Shown here: piece after piece, positions 25,556 to 38,699 of the stretch
Layout of the letters: every line of letters begins with the position of its first letter
Numbering within the stretch: position 1 is the stretch's first letter
Source of the DNA: Octopus sinensis
Taxonomy: Eukaryota
Length of the DNA: 64,000 bases
Assembly (NCBI RefSeq): GCF_006345805.1
Contig: NC_042998.1
Location: 33,294,001 to 33,358,000, forward strand
Reading direction: 5' to 3'
Made by a program: the position numbers and the translations under genes
Notes under the pieces: model-generated
The model's database searches: none
Told to the model about the DNA's origin: nothing
The model's input: only the letters and a program-made list of their open reading frames with translations

Positions 25556-26571
25556 AACAACAAACAAGATGAGGACAAATATCCGCCAAATGTAAATAAT
25601 GTACAAAATGTAAATAATGATGATTAGTTTTATTATCAATAATTCGTTTATAGTGTTTGCGGGTAGTGTGTTTGGGCAATTATGGGGAATTCCAATGGGT
25701 GGTAATTGTAGCTCTCTTGTGGCGGACCTTTATCTTTCATCTTGCGAGTTCCTTTTACTTAAAGACCTATGTGCAAGGAAAAAGATTGGTTCACTTAAAC
25801 AACTTAATGGATACTGCAGATACATAGCTGATACATTTATACCTAATAATTGTTTCTTTGAAGTTTTACTCAGAAGAATATACCCTAGTGAGCTTATAGC
25901 CACGAGAAATGGTAACAACATAAAGAATATTAATTATTTAGATTTCAATTTAGTAATTAAGGATATTAATGAAATATGGACTGACGTTTATAACAGATTT
26001 TGGTTTCCAAGTGGCTTCAATGCCATGATTCAGTTGTAGAATTTCTTCTTTTATTGATTATGGTGTTTTTGGAGGGTAAACAGTCAGGTATAGTATTATT
26101 ATTAATAATACTAAAAAAATTTTGTATAGAATAAAATAACAGTTAAAATTGATTAAAACCTTTCATCGCTGTTTAGGTGGGAGACTTGAAATTTTAAATA
26201 CATATGGGGTAGTGTCTAGTCTTCCACTCAGTAAATATTTGTAAAGATTTAGAATATTAATGATTTAAATTATTTGCTTACTACGTCACCTATATAGTTT
26301 GAGACAATTGACCAAATAGTAATTGCGTACTACGTCATCTATAGTTAAGATAATCTTTTGAGTTCTAGAAGTGATGAACCATGTGGTTTAGAAAAACATG
26401 TAAGTGTTAATACTTTGTAATTTTGATTTATTTTAAACAGTTTTAATTTGGCTTTAATCGTAGCAAAGTTTTATAATAATTGTTAATTACAAGTATACTT
26501 TTATTAGTTCCTATTTATAAATTTATTGTTTTTATTAATTACTGGTAAGTATTACATTATAGCTTGTAAGG

Positions 26572-26910
26572 GTAAAGACCCCCTTCGGTCATGAATGACC
26601 ATGGGATTGCACCTAGAAAGTTACCCTCCTAGACACAAGTCCAGGCAAGGTTGTTTATGGAAGACCAGCAGTCGCCCATGCATACCAGCCTCCCCTCCCC
26701 ACGCCACCAGTGTTATCCAAGGGAAAGACAAAGGTCGATACAGCTTGGCACCAGTGACGTCGCAACTCATTTCTACAGCTGAGTGAACTGGAGCAACGTG
26801 AAATAAAGTGCCTTGTTCAAGAACACAACACGCAGCCCGGTCCGGGATTCGAGCTCACAACCTCACGATCGTAAGCTCGACGCTCTAACCACTGAGCCAT
26901 GCACCTTCAC
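26572..26910 (-). mobile_element. Full-length tRNA-head SINE with RTE-like tail and perfect 14-bp TSD
   Basis: TATAGCTTGTAAGG at 26558-26571 and 26911-26924; A/B boxes TGGCTCAGTGG / GCTCGAATCCC. Confidence 0.9.
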
Positions 26911-27984
26911 TATAGCTTGTAAGGTTGATATATATTAAGAGTATGTAGTGTTTTTTATTATCAACTTTTGAATTAGGAAATAATGCATTTCACTCATTCG
27001 TTAAATTAGATTCAATCGTATTTTGTTTTGGAGAGAATTGAATATAAAGCTTTCACTTTCTGTTATTATAGTAGGAAGACCGGTGGCATTATTATTTGTA
27101 TGGACTTTAAAATTGGTCACTATTTAGTCATTGTAGGTTTACTATTAATACTGATACAAATGTACATAGAGTTGTGCTTCTTGTTGTAGTTTAATTTTTT
27201 AAAGTTAGTAATCCTACCTTTATTTAGATTGAATACTGTTGTACATAGCATAAATGTGTTTGAAAGTTGTGTGTTTTGTTTTTTAGTATATTTGTTCCCA
27301 AACAACACTTATTTTAGTGCTGCTGACACCACCACATTCAATGGTACTGCCCAGGTGTCGAAACCATAATGATATTCGTGGGGCAGCTGATGATGGCGGT
27401 ATGTTGGATTGTTGGTATGGCTCTTTTTGTATATGTGGAATAGTGCTATAACACATCCTTTTGATATATATATACACAAGCACACAAAAAGAGGCACCGA
27501 AAAGAAACTGGAATTTTGCATTATTATTTCATTCATTTAGTTTTATATGCTTACATTTTTATCGCCTTCAAAGTATTCTCCATTTGAAGCATCGGTCGAG
27601 ACGCGTTTCCTACTGTTGGAAGCAGTGCTGGAACCCTTGCGAAGTGATGCCTTTTCATGTTTATTACACAAAACCTATAGTTTTCAACTGAAACGGATAG
27701 TATATTAATATCAACCAACTTATTTTTAAGAGTGCGTTCATTTCATTTTCATATTAGGTTGGTTGTTTTACAATACATATATGTAATAATTGTCTTTCAG
27801 TGCAGTGGGTGTTGCATTTTACTAGCATCAGCTCTTCCTACTTAAGGGTGTTTCTCTAGTTTTGGGGTTCTATGTCAGTTTCCACGGCTGTCTCCAAGTT
27901 TATTTTTTCAGTACTAGTGTGTGTGTGTGTTGGACAAAATACTTTACAGTATTTGTTTCAACTCCATATTTAAAACCACTGATT

Positions 27985-28622
27985 ATTATTATTATATTAT
28001 TATTATTATTATTATTTGTTTGACTTTTGCTTTGTATTTGTATAAGCTGACTCCAAGTCTCACCCAGAGACCTCGAGAGACAACAAGCTAGAAGTTCAAG
28101 TTGGTGTTATGCCTAGGCTGTCATATATTTGGTTTTGCACATAGTATTGTTCTAGAGAATGTTTAAGAAAACATAAAGAAAATTATGAGTTTATTTTAAA
28201 ATTTGAGATTACACAAACATTGTTTTACGTAGGATATGGGCAGTTCCCATGAGTCCTATCATTTGAATTTCTGCCATTTTAGGGTTCCCTGGTATCTGAG
28301 CTAGATAGGAATCAGCCCGTTTTGCTATCATTCCAAGGGTACCTATGACAGCAGGTATTATTTTAGCCTTGGGGTTCCACATCTTGTCAATTTCTATTTC
28401 AAGATCTTCATACTTGCTTAGTTTTTTTGTAGGTCTTGCCAGATACATTTATGTGGATTGGGACAGTTATATCAATGAGGCGGCATGATTTTTGTCTGAC
28501 GTCTTTCAATATGGTGTCTGGCCTATTCGCATCTATCTTTCTGTCAGTTTGAACGGGGAAGCTTCAGGGGAGTGAGATGTGATCATTTTCAAGCACTGAA
28601 GGTGGTTTGTGTTCCCACCAGT
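27985..28622 (-). mobile_element. R4/Dong-clade (RLE) non-LTR retrotransposon 3' end with (TAA)n tail
   Basis: WEHKPPSVLEN..QTDRKIDANRPD..LIDITVP..KLSKYEDLEIEI..MW..GTAHILRK. Confidence 0.85.
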
Positions 28623-29044
28623 TTTTATTAACATTATTATTATGTTGCTGTTGTCAGTGTTAAGGCGGTGAGCTGGCAGAATTGTTAGCACGCCGGGCTT
28701 AGCGACATTTCGTCCGTTTTTATGTTCTGAGTTCAAATGCCGCCCGGGGGGGGGGGGGTCGACTTTGCTTTTCATCCTTTCGGGGTCGAGAAAATACGTA
28801 CCAGTTGGACACTAGGGTCAATGTAAGCGACTAGTCTCCTCCCCACAAACTTTAGGCCTTGTGCCTATTATTGAGGGCGGTTGAGTAGTAGGATCGTTTG
28901 AGTGTTGGGCAAAATGCCCTTCACTATTTCTTCAAGCTCTTTACCAGTCTGGGATAAGATCCTGTACAGGCGAACTTTGCTAACAATTCAGGGTCGATAA
29001 TATAAGGTACCAATCAAATCCTGTTGTCAATGCTTAAATATTCG

Positions 29045-29380
29045 ACTTCGATGGCTGTGTGGTAAGTAGCTTGCTTACCAACCACATGGTTCCGGGTTCA
29101 GTTTCACTGCATGGCACCTTGGGCAAGTGTCTTCTACTATAGCCTCGGGCCGACCAAAGCCTTGTGAGTGGATTTGGTAGACAGAAACTGAAAGAAGCCC
29201 GTCGTATATATGTATATATATGTGTGTGTGTTTGTGTGTCTGTGTTTGTCCCCTCAACATCGCTTGACAACCGATGCTGGTGTGTTTATGTCCCCGTAAC
29301 TTAGCGGTTCGGCAAAAGTGGCCGATAGAATAAGTACTAGGCTTACAAAGAATAAGTCCTGGGGTCGATTTGCTCGATTA
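29045..29380 (+). mobile_element. CORE-type SINE
   Basis: GGCTGTGTGGTAAGTAGCTTGC head, GCACCTTGGGCAAGTGTCTTC core, short internal TA/TG tract. Confidence 0.8.
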
Positions 29381-29895
29381 TATATATATATGTAATTAAC
29401 GATGGGCTTCTTTCAGTTTCTGCCTTACTGTTATTATGTTGTTGTTTTTTCCCTATTTTTTACCGTCCCCGTGAACCATTTGTTACGAGCGCCTCTTTCT
29501 TAACTCTCATTCTCCACACCATGCGCTTATTCGTTTTTAATTTCTCTCAGTGTAACGTTTGTGCTGGAAGGCATCGAAGTGTATTCAAGCATGTGGATAA
29601 TCTTTTGCACCCCTGCTATATCAATTTCGATAAGCAGAGCACAGAGTATGATAGCCAAGTTGTCATAATAGGTTCAATGCAAGCTTATACCAGTTACATT
29701 CATAATCCAATGTAATACAGAAGTCTCTGCATTTTGCCCATGGATATATTATTTAGCTACCTAGTTGTATCAGCGTTGCTGTATGCTATTCATGTGACGA
29801 TTGTCTAGGCCAGTGGTTCCCAGCCTTTTCACCGCGGCTCCCAACCCTTTTATTTAAATCAGTTTTCCCACGGACCCCTTTTAATATGCTTATCC

Positions 29896-29930
<35 letters not shown>

Positions 29931-29949
29931 CACATACATATATATATAT

Positions 29950-30004
<55 letters not shown>

Positions 30005-30257
30005 GATATTCGTGAATAGAATCGGCAAAACAAAGAATAAACGGAAGATAAAAATCAGAACAAAACTCCGAAATGCAAATATTATGGTTGTATGGGGGTG
30101 GGGTTTTAATTTTCTGTCGAGGGCTTATATGTTCCTTTATTAGATTATTTTTCTTAGTCATTGCACGGTGATTACCATAAGCTTATATGAAAATACCATT
30201 ATTATTATTTACAGGATTGTAAAACCTGGCACCGTATAGCAAAACCATTCGCACCGA

Positions 30258-30300
<43 letters not shown>

Positions 30301-31069
30301 CGCGATTGGATGTATGCATGTATGTACTGCTTTCAAATTTTGGTGCAAGCTTAAGCATTATGGAGGAGGGTATAAGTCGATTACGGCGACCTTATGTTTC
30401 AATCGGTACTTATTTTAATTGACACCGAAAATATGAAAAGTAAAGTCGACCCCGGTAGGATTTGAACTGAGAACTCAAAGCACTTTTTTCGACTCGCTAA
30501 CGATTCTGCCAGCTCGCCTGCTTTTCTTGAACTTTTTTCATTCTTTCCGAACCTTTCCTGTCTTCCCTCTCTCTCATGAATAGCCATGCTCGAAACGCTA
30601 CACACCCACGCCTTTTCCCATCTTATACTGATCACCACCCTAATGCATTCCATGTGTACACCCTTTCAACTTCTGTTATTTTGCTGTTTCCACTTTTCGA
30701 TTTGTCGACAGATACATACACGGTGGTTGTCTACTCCTTATGCAGAGTTTGGCCACCTTCCGTACCTATACCTTAGCACCGCCATGGCATCTGATGTGGC
30801 TTTTTAAACCAGACAATGTTCTGAAAAGATACCCACATAGATTACACATCCAATTTGGATCACCAAGAGCTGCAGATAAGTTCTGATCAAACAATATGAC
30901 CACGCCATCTCAATTGGTTCCACTGTTTTCGATTATGATGTTTTTACGAAACGCAGATTGTATGAGACAGCATACAGTTTTTTCTTAGCACAATGTTTTA
31001 TTGAGGCCCTTTTTCTTTTTCTAAGTACCGGTCTCTTTCATTTCTTAGATTATGTATTCTATCAAGATG

Positions 31070-31460
31070 GCAGAAACGTTAACTTATCGGGCGAAATTCT
31101 TAGCGGAATTTCGTCTGCCGCTACGTTCTGAGTTCAAATTCCGCCGAGGCCGACTTTGTCTTTCATCCTTTCGGGGTCGATAAATTAAGTACCAGTTATG
31201 CACTGGGGTCGATGTAATCGACTTAATCCGTTTGTCTGTCCTTGTTTGTCGTCTCTGTGTTTAGCCCCTTGTGGGTAATAAAGAAATAAGTACTTCGCCT
31301 GTCTTTATGTTCTGAATTCAAATTCCGCCTAGGTCGACTTTGCTTTTCATCCTTTCAAGGTCGATAAATTATGTACCAGTTATGTACTAGGGTCGCTGTA
31401 ATCAACTGGCCCATTTCCCCCAAAATTTCGGGCCTTGTGTCTAGAGTAGAAAAGATTATG
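31070..31460 (+). mobile_element. Meta-like SINE dimer
   Basis: Two body units, first with tail A, second with tail B (..GGGCCTTGTGTCTAGAGTAGAAAAG). Confidence 0.8.
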
Positions 31461-32111
31461 TATTTTATTTAGTCGTTGACTCGTCAATGGAATAGATATT
31501 TTGTTCTTAATGCATGGTATAGTACATTCATAAAGTTCAATGTTCTGAATCTGAGTTTTTGTTGTTGTTTTTTTCTCGTTACGGTTTCCTTATCTCACAT
31601 TACAGTTTACTTATTTTGCAACAGAAAATCTACTTTTAATTGCTTGCAAGGCGTGTGTCCACGGGACTTACTTTCTAATGCTACTCTCTAATACTAATTA
31701 ATTGTAATTTTTTATATCCTTCCTTATTGGATATATTACCATAATATTTTCATCATTGAGTTCGTGTATATTCTGTGTTTATTGAAAAGTCATTGCACAC
31801 TCTACGAATTGTTTGGGCGTTTGCATTAGTGTTCTAAACACTTGTTTCACATCTCTTGAATATAGTTATAAGTTTCCTGCACATTGGAGGAGACGTATTT
31901 TCCAAACCCGTTGCTGTTGCATTCATTTCCGTCCAAAAATTTGGTGATGCTACCAGCACAAGCGAAAATGAAAACATACACTTCTGGAAATTCTATCAGA
32001 TTTTTTACTTGTTTTTAACCGGTGTAATGTTACATTAGTAATTTTTCACTATTCAATGTCATGCGTTGCTATAACAAATATCTGTGAAATATTTGCAATA
32101 TCTTGAAATGT

Positions 32112-32263
32112 ACATTATTTACATTTGACGGATATTTGTCCTCATCTTGTTTGTTATTAACACGACGTTTCGGCTGATATACCCTCCAGCCTTCTTCCGG
32201 TGTCTTGGGGAAATTTCGAACCTGGAGTCTCATTCCTAAGGTATTTTTCGATGTTATTTTTAA

Positions 32264-32295
<32 letters not shown>

Positions 32296-32501
32296 TCACT
32301 GCCTGGAATCGGCGCTCTTAACCACTATGCCATATGCCTGTGTGCATATGGCGTAGTGGTTAATAATGACATCGAAAATAAAAAAACCTTAGGGATGAGA
32401 ACCCAGGTTCGAAATTTCCCCAAGATGAGGACAAATATGTCAAAATTTAAATAATGTAAATTATGTAAATAATTCCTCATCTCTTAAATATAGAACTGTG
32501 T
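32112..32501. mobile_element. Palindromic tRNA-head/hammerhead retroposon, locus B
   Basis: Inverted arms around CATATGCCTGTGTGCATATG; TSD TATCTTGAAATGT at 32099-32111 and 32502-32514. Confidence 0.85.
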
Positions 32502-33739
32502 TATCTTGAAATGTGTTTCGTTATCAAACACGTTTTTTTTGTGTTTTTTTTTCTCGTAGTCTTCATACTGTTTAAATTTTGTCCTTTTCACTTGCAGCTC
32601 CCAAATACTTCTCTCTGAAAATGTTTTTTACTGATTCGGTCAGAAGGAAATACTAGTAGCAGTGTCTCTTGTATGTCCCTCAAAACTCATGAGGTCGACG
32701 TCGTTAATGTTTCTCTTGAATAGCTATAAATCGACTGTTGCGGGGGAAAATATGTGGGGAGTGGGAATTCAGGAAAAATGTAAAATGACATTCTGCAAAC
32801 AAGGGACGTCGCGTCGTATTTAGTGTGAGGCCTATGTACTACGCACGTAAAAACTATGGGAGAAACCTTGAAGGTTAAAAACAGAACAAAAAACAACAGG
32901 GCGTGAATCGGCGATCACCGTTACAATCCTACTTCCTTCATTTTCAAAAAGTGAAATCTTTTAAAACTTTTTCATAAGCCCCGTCCCTCCATAAATCTTA
33001 AAATTTCGACTGTTATTCGAATTTTTAAAATCATAGTTTTAAACTACAGACAGTCCAAATCTGCAATTTGTTTTTGTTTTTAAATTCAAAATAATTTTCA
33101 GACGTAAAAATTTGTGATATAAGGGTGATTTAGCTGTTGTTTCTAGCACATTCCAAAACCACCTGGTACCTTCCACGTTTCTTTGTTATTCTGACATGTA
33201 TTGATGTTTTTCAAAATTCCCCCCACCCATCCGCCATTTTAATGAGTGATTGTACAGTAGTCCATTGCCGGGATTGAAGCAACAACAAAAAATTTGTAAT
33301 TCAAATTTTCAACCCAAGCGAGTTCGTATGTGCGGGCGAGCGCGTGTATGTACTCTTTTACTTGTTTCAGTCATTTGACTGCGGCCATGCTGGAGCATCA
33401 CCTTTAGTCGAGCAAATCGACCCCAATCAGAAAACAGGGTTTGTACGTAACGGTTGTGAGGAAATGAGAGTAAACATTAGTAGACGAGGTTCTAAACCAC
33501 TAAGTTAAGGGGACGTAAACAGCAACACCAGTTGTCAAGCGGTGGTTGGGTACAAACTCACACACACACGAGACCCAGGAAGACACGGGACGTAATACTG
33601 AAGAACGACCTCAGGACGCTGAACCTTTCAGGTGAGATGACAAAGGAGCAAGAGGACGTGGTGCCTTTCCGTACTCAAGAAGACTCGTACTCCGCAACTG
33701 AAGTGTTAAGACCGATCCTTCAGGTAATATTAAGCACTC

Positions 33740-33972
33740 GTGGCGGCGCCATGTGAAAGCGCCCGCGCGGTGCTACGTAAAAGCGTCCGTGCGGTGCCAC
33801 ATAAAACCACCCCACACAGTCTATAAAGTGGTCGGCGTTAGGAAGGGCATCAAGCCGTAGAAATCATGTCAAATCAGACTGGAGTCTGGTGCAGCTCCCC
33901 TGCTTGCTAGCTCTAGTCAAACCGTCTAAACCATGTCAGCATGGACAATGGACGTACGATGATGATGATGAT
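33740..33972 (+). mobile_element. RTE-related SINE with (GAT)n tail
   Basis: GGCGTTAGGAAGGGCATC..CAGCATGGA..(GAT)n; copies at 50500-50840 and 50860-51120. Confidence 0.7.
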
Positions 33973-33994
33973 GTGTATATATATATATATATAT

Positions 33995-34372
33995 ATTATA
34001 TAAAATCCGTTCTGTGTGTCTGTGAGTCTTCTAGGATCTCGGGCATCCTCCATTCGATTGCACTCAAATTTGATATGTAGATACCGACGGTATCAGGGCG
34101 TATATCAGTCTTGAAAAAAATTACAAAAATCGATTCCAGGTGAGAATGCGATCGATAAAGCTATGGGTATGCGCATTTGTAAAATCGCTTTTCTTTGGAA
34201 TAGAAAAAAGTCTATCTTTATTTCTTCTTTTGCTGGTGTCTCAAATTTAGGTTAAATCAGTGTTTCTCAAAGGAGAGGCCTGTGGGACGGTCGGACAAGT
34301 TGTTTTGAGAAAATTTGGTTTAAATGCTTGACAACTCAGCACCGTCCATTGGAGGGGGGCGTTTTGCTCGTG

Positions 34373-34373
<1 letters not shown>
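33995..34373 (+). mobile_element. Non-autonomous Helitron/HINE-like element, family B
   Basis: Reverse-complement match to 11106-11665. Confidence 0.7.
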
Positions 34374-34404
<31 letters not shown>

Positions 34405-35532
34405 CATAAACGACGGTCTTCTTTTAGTTTTCGTCTATCAAATCCACTCACAAGGGCTTTGGTCGGCCCGAGGCTATAGTAGAAGACACTTGCCCAAAGT
34501 GCCACGCAATGGGACTGAACCCGGAACAGTGTGGTTTGAAAGCAAGCTTCTTAGCACACAGCCACGCCCAGGTAAGGTTAGGATATGAGTGAGTTTTGAT
34601 CATTTACGCAGCTAGTGTAGATGGCAAAAGGTGGACAGTAAATATGCGATCAACTGAGTTTAACTTCGTCCCGTAATGAAACCCCAAGAAATTTCGATAA
34701 GCTGGCAGTCACCATACTATTCACAGTTTAGCAAGTAAAATTGCTAAAAGGCGAATAAAAATGCACACATGTATATGTTATTTTAGGGAATTTTGGCTGA
34801 TAGGTCGAGTAACCCCATAGAGTGTCTTTTATCGTGGTTTTATGTTAACGAGAAATCTGCAATCAATCGAAAAAACGTGTCACAAGTACATTTCTGTAAT
34901 TAATTATATATTCTGAAATAAAATGCAATATCCCGCATAAAATATCAACGTCGCTATAATTTGAATAATTTTAGTCACCTGGTGGATGAGATTGCCTAGC
35001 ATGTGTGTGTGTGTGTGTGTGTGTGCTTCAACGCAGAAAACGTTTTCTGAATTTATGATGCATAAATTTTATGTTAATGTTGTAATTGGCAATAAAAATC
35101 TCCCTCTGAGATGTTATAAAAATACCCATTAGTTTACTGTAATAAGTAAATACATCTTATCGAATTTGAATATATATATATGTATATACATACATATATG
35201 TATATATTCTTCTCTGGGCACAAGGCCCGAAGTTTTAGGGGAGGCCAGTCGATTATATCGACCCCAGTACGATACTGGTACTTAATTTATCGATCTCGAA
35301 AGGATGAAAGGCAAAGTCGACCTCGGCGGAATTTGAACTCAGAACGTAACGGCAGATGAAATATCGCTAAGCATTTCGCCCGGCGTGCTAACGTTTCTGC
35401 CAAGATTATTAAGAGTCCTTTGTGTAGTATGCACGAATTTCATGGCATTCCGTGTACATTAGCGAGTGATTCAACTCATTGATGAAGAAGACAAGGATTA
35501 TATAGAATTGGCGGACAGAGAGTCACTTACGG

Positions 35533-35832
35533 CAGTGCTTTTCAAACTATCAGATGTGGCGTAAAGGCAGGGTTTTTTTGGGGTTTTTTGCCAACGTGCC
35601 AGGGACCGGTAATATTTCTTAGCAATATTAGTTCATACCGGAAACGATATATATAATGAAAATAATAAAAGTTGACAATTTTTTTATCTTATATTTATTT
35701 TGTAAACAAATAATACAATATTACATAAGCATTTTATAATGTTTCTTTCTATTCTGGAAAGTTGCTGCGTACCGACAGCTGATGGCTCGCGGACCGGAAC
35801 CGGTGAGCGAACCCCCAGTTTGAGTAGCATTG
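35533..35832. mobile_element. hAT-type MITE
   Basis: CAGTGCTTTTCAAACT / AGTTTGAGTAGCATTG; decayed 8-bp TSD ACTTACGG/AATTAAGG. Confidence 0.65.
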
Positions 35833-36509
35833 AATTAAGGTATCAGTTTATCTATATGATAGTGTTCTTATCTGGCCTTGAGTCTAAACCAAGCTATAAC
35901 GAATATATCAATTGCCTTCTAAGTATTACAAGTGGTTCTCAACCAATTTTTTTCTGTGAAGCCCTGGGATTCCTGGCCCTGTATAGCCATTCGATGTGTA
36001 CAAAAAGATTCGACAGTATTTTTATAATTAAATGTCATTAGCGATTTCTATTTTATTCTTTTACTTGTTTCAGTCATTTGACTGCGGTCATGCTGGAGCA
36101 ACTCCTTAAAGTTTTAAACGAAGACAATCTACCCCAGGGCTTATTCTTTGTAAACCTAGTACTTATTCTATTGGTCTCTTTTGTCGATATATGTATAGAG
36201 AGAGACAGATATACGACGGGTTGCTTTCATTTTTGCGCCTACAAAATCCACTCATAACGCTTTAGGCGGCCTGAGGCTATAGTAAAAAGACACTTGCCCA
36301 AGAGGGTCACGCAGAACCCAGAACCATGTGGTTAGGAAGCAAGTTTCTTGCCACACAGCCACGCCTGCCCTTTAAAAGTAGCAGCCCTCATCCCTGGTAG
36401 TATAAAAATAAATTTTATATTTTGTGAATTACAGAAGTATAAGCAGATTTATTGCAAATAAATTTTAACAACAAAATCTTATACGTATAGCAACTAATAG
36501 CTGTAACAT

Positions 36510-36875
36510 TCGTGGCACTCCGTCGGTTACGACAACGAGGGTTCCAGTTGATCCAATCAACGGGACGGCCAGCTCGTGAAATTAACGTGCAAGTGGCTAA
36601 GCACTCCACAGACACGTGTACCCTTAACGTAGTTCTCGGAGAGAGATTCACCGTGACACAGAGTGTGACAAGGCTGACCCTTAGAAATACAGGTACAACA
36701 GAAACAGGAAGAAAGAGTAAGAGAAAGCTGTCGTAAAAGAGTACAGCAGGGTTCACCACCATCCCCTGCCAGAGCCTCGCGGAACGTTAGGTGTTTTTAC
36801 TCAATAAACACTCACAACGCCCGGTCTGGTAATCGCGAGTCTGCTGCCCTAACCACTGGGCCATTGCGCCTCCAC
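36510..36875 (-). mobile_element. Full-length OR-type SINE, tail variant 3
   Basis: Head at 36800-36875, tail as 11900. Confidence 0.8.
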
Positions 36876-37769
36876 TCTGTAACATTAACCACCAGAAGAA
36901 AGAAGAGTGTTGGCTGTTACAAAAGAAGTAGGACATGGGTTGCGTGCTGATGTAACTCGTCCCACTGACACTCCGCCGGTTATGACAACGAGGGTTCCAG
37001 TTGATCCGATCAACGGAACAGCTTCATCGCGAAACTAAGTTTTGGCGGGTTGCATATACAGTCAACAGCGAGAACTGTAAGAGTTTAAAACATGCTAAAT
37101 ATTGAATCTCCTTCCGAATTATCGAGAATGACAAGTAAGCAAGAATGAGACAACATCGACTCAGTCTACAGAAAACTGAGAATTTTATTCGTTGCAATTC
37201 TTTCTTTCTGTTCTCTGTCTGGGCCTTTAAATTTATAATATCATGTTTCGTGGCAATATTATTGATACTTTTATCACGTTACAAAAGCGAAACAATTGAG
37301 AATGCAAAAGAAGCAGCCATGACATGCTGCTGTTCGCACTGGATAATCAATTGACTCGATATTAATGTCAACAGTTGGGGTTTGCCAGCTGGGGACAACG
37401 AACAATAAATTAGCGCCTTAATCCTTCCGCCAATCCTTCTGTTAAACTGTTTCGCATAAATCTGCAGAATAACCTACAGGATTGCTTTTGAGTGAACCGA
37501 AAGGAAAATCGACGACGGTGAAATGGTTTCTTGATGTTCGAAGTGGAGCAAATAAACTGTCTCGGACGGACTGACCGTTCTTGAAGATTTTGCTGTGTTT
37601 AATCGGCTAAACCATCATGGAAACTATTTGCTAGAAATAGATGAGAGAGAGAAAACAATAAAAGAAAAAAAAGAATTCCGGTATTGTTACTGCCAGTCTA
37701 GCAACACGCTACAAAAATGAGCAATGGATATCTTCAGGACCTATTCTAACTACACCAGCAACAAGTGGA

Positions 37770-38540
37770 CGCGCAATGGCCCAGTGGTTAGGGCAGCGGA
37801 CTCGCGGTTGTAAGAACGCGGTTTCGATTTCCACACCGAGCGTTATGCGTGTTTATTGAACGAAAACACCCAAAGCTCCACGAGGTTCCGACAGAGGGTG
37901 GTGGCGACCCCTGTTGTACTCTTTCGCTCCAACTTTCTCTCACTCTCTCTTCTTGTTTCTTGTCCCCGACTTCCTACGCAACCGCTGAGCCTGGATGCGC
38001 ATTCATCCATCCGTCGATGCTCTCGGTGTCGGGGGTTGACCTGCTTTCTCTTCTGCGGGTCTTACGAATAGCAAAGGACCATGTTTCGAACTTCTCCCAC
38101 TACAGACAATCCTGAGGCGCGATCTTGCGAGCTCTGGGACGAAGACCGCATCGCTCAACAAACAGCAACAACAGCAGTGGAGGCGTAATGGCCTGGTGGC
38201 TAGGGCAGCGGACGCCCGGTCGTAAGAACGCAGTTTCGATTCCCAGACCGGGCACTGTGAGTGTTTATTGAGCAAAACACCTAAGTTCCACGAGGCTCCG
38301 GCGGGTTGGGGGTGAACCCCGCTGTACTCTTTCACCACAATTTTCTCTCACTCTTTCTTCCTGCTTCTGCCACAAAGCAGAGGAGCCGTGGTGTAACTCA
38401 CTATGGTGTGGTAAAACTTTCAGACCCTAGTCTAGATTGCGAATACTCTGTACCCCAGGATGGTTCAGCTCTCCACCCGTTAAAAGCCACCGTTTACGGG
38501 CTGAGGATAACAACGTAGCTTTCGCGCCCGTGCGACCGTC
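37770..38540 (+). mobile_element. Two tandem OR-type SINEs (tail variant 4, then a fifth tail)
   Basis: Heads at ~37772 and ~38182. Confidence 0.75.
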
Positions 38541-38699
38541 TGTCTATTGCGTGTGGGGTTTGGATCTTCAAGTTGCCACACGCATTCTTAGTAGTTTAGA
38601 GTAGGCTGGAATTTGAGATTATTCTTTGTGGCTAATGGCGTGAGTCCTGATTAGAAGAAGAAGAAGAAGAAGACATCAAAATCGATGAGGCTGATCAAC

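Larger units (their letters stand above)
24634..25622. mobile_element. Palindromic tRNA-head/hammerhead retroposon, locus A (with nested insertion)
   Basis: Inverted arms; TSD ATTAGTTTTAT at 24623-24633 and 25623-25633; HHR motifs 24704-24749(-) and 25510-25555(+). Confidence 0.85.
24495..26200 (+). pseudogene. Penelope-like element RT relic, split by a 989-bp insertion
   Basis: ..KVKEIISF|IINNSFIVFAGSVFGQLWGIPMGGNCSSLVADLYL..CRYIADTF..NYLDF..DFGFQV..YGVFG..RY. Confidence 0.8.

Noticed and set aside
26355-26405. GTGATGAACC..GGTT..AAACATGTA, a possible decayed hammerhead of the Penelope relic
   Set aside because: C3 is missing, spacing is wrong and stem I does not pair; too degenerate to call.
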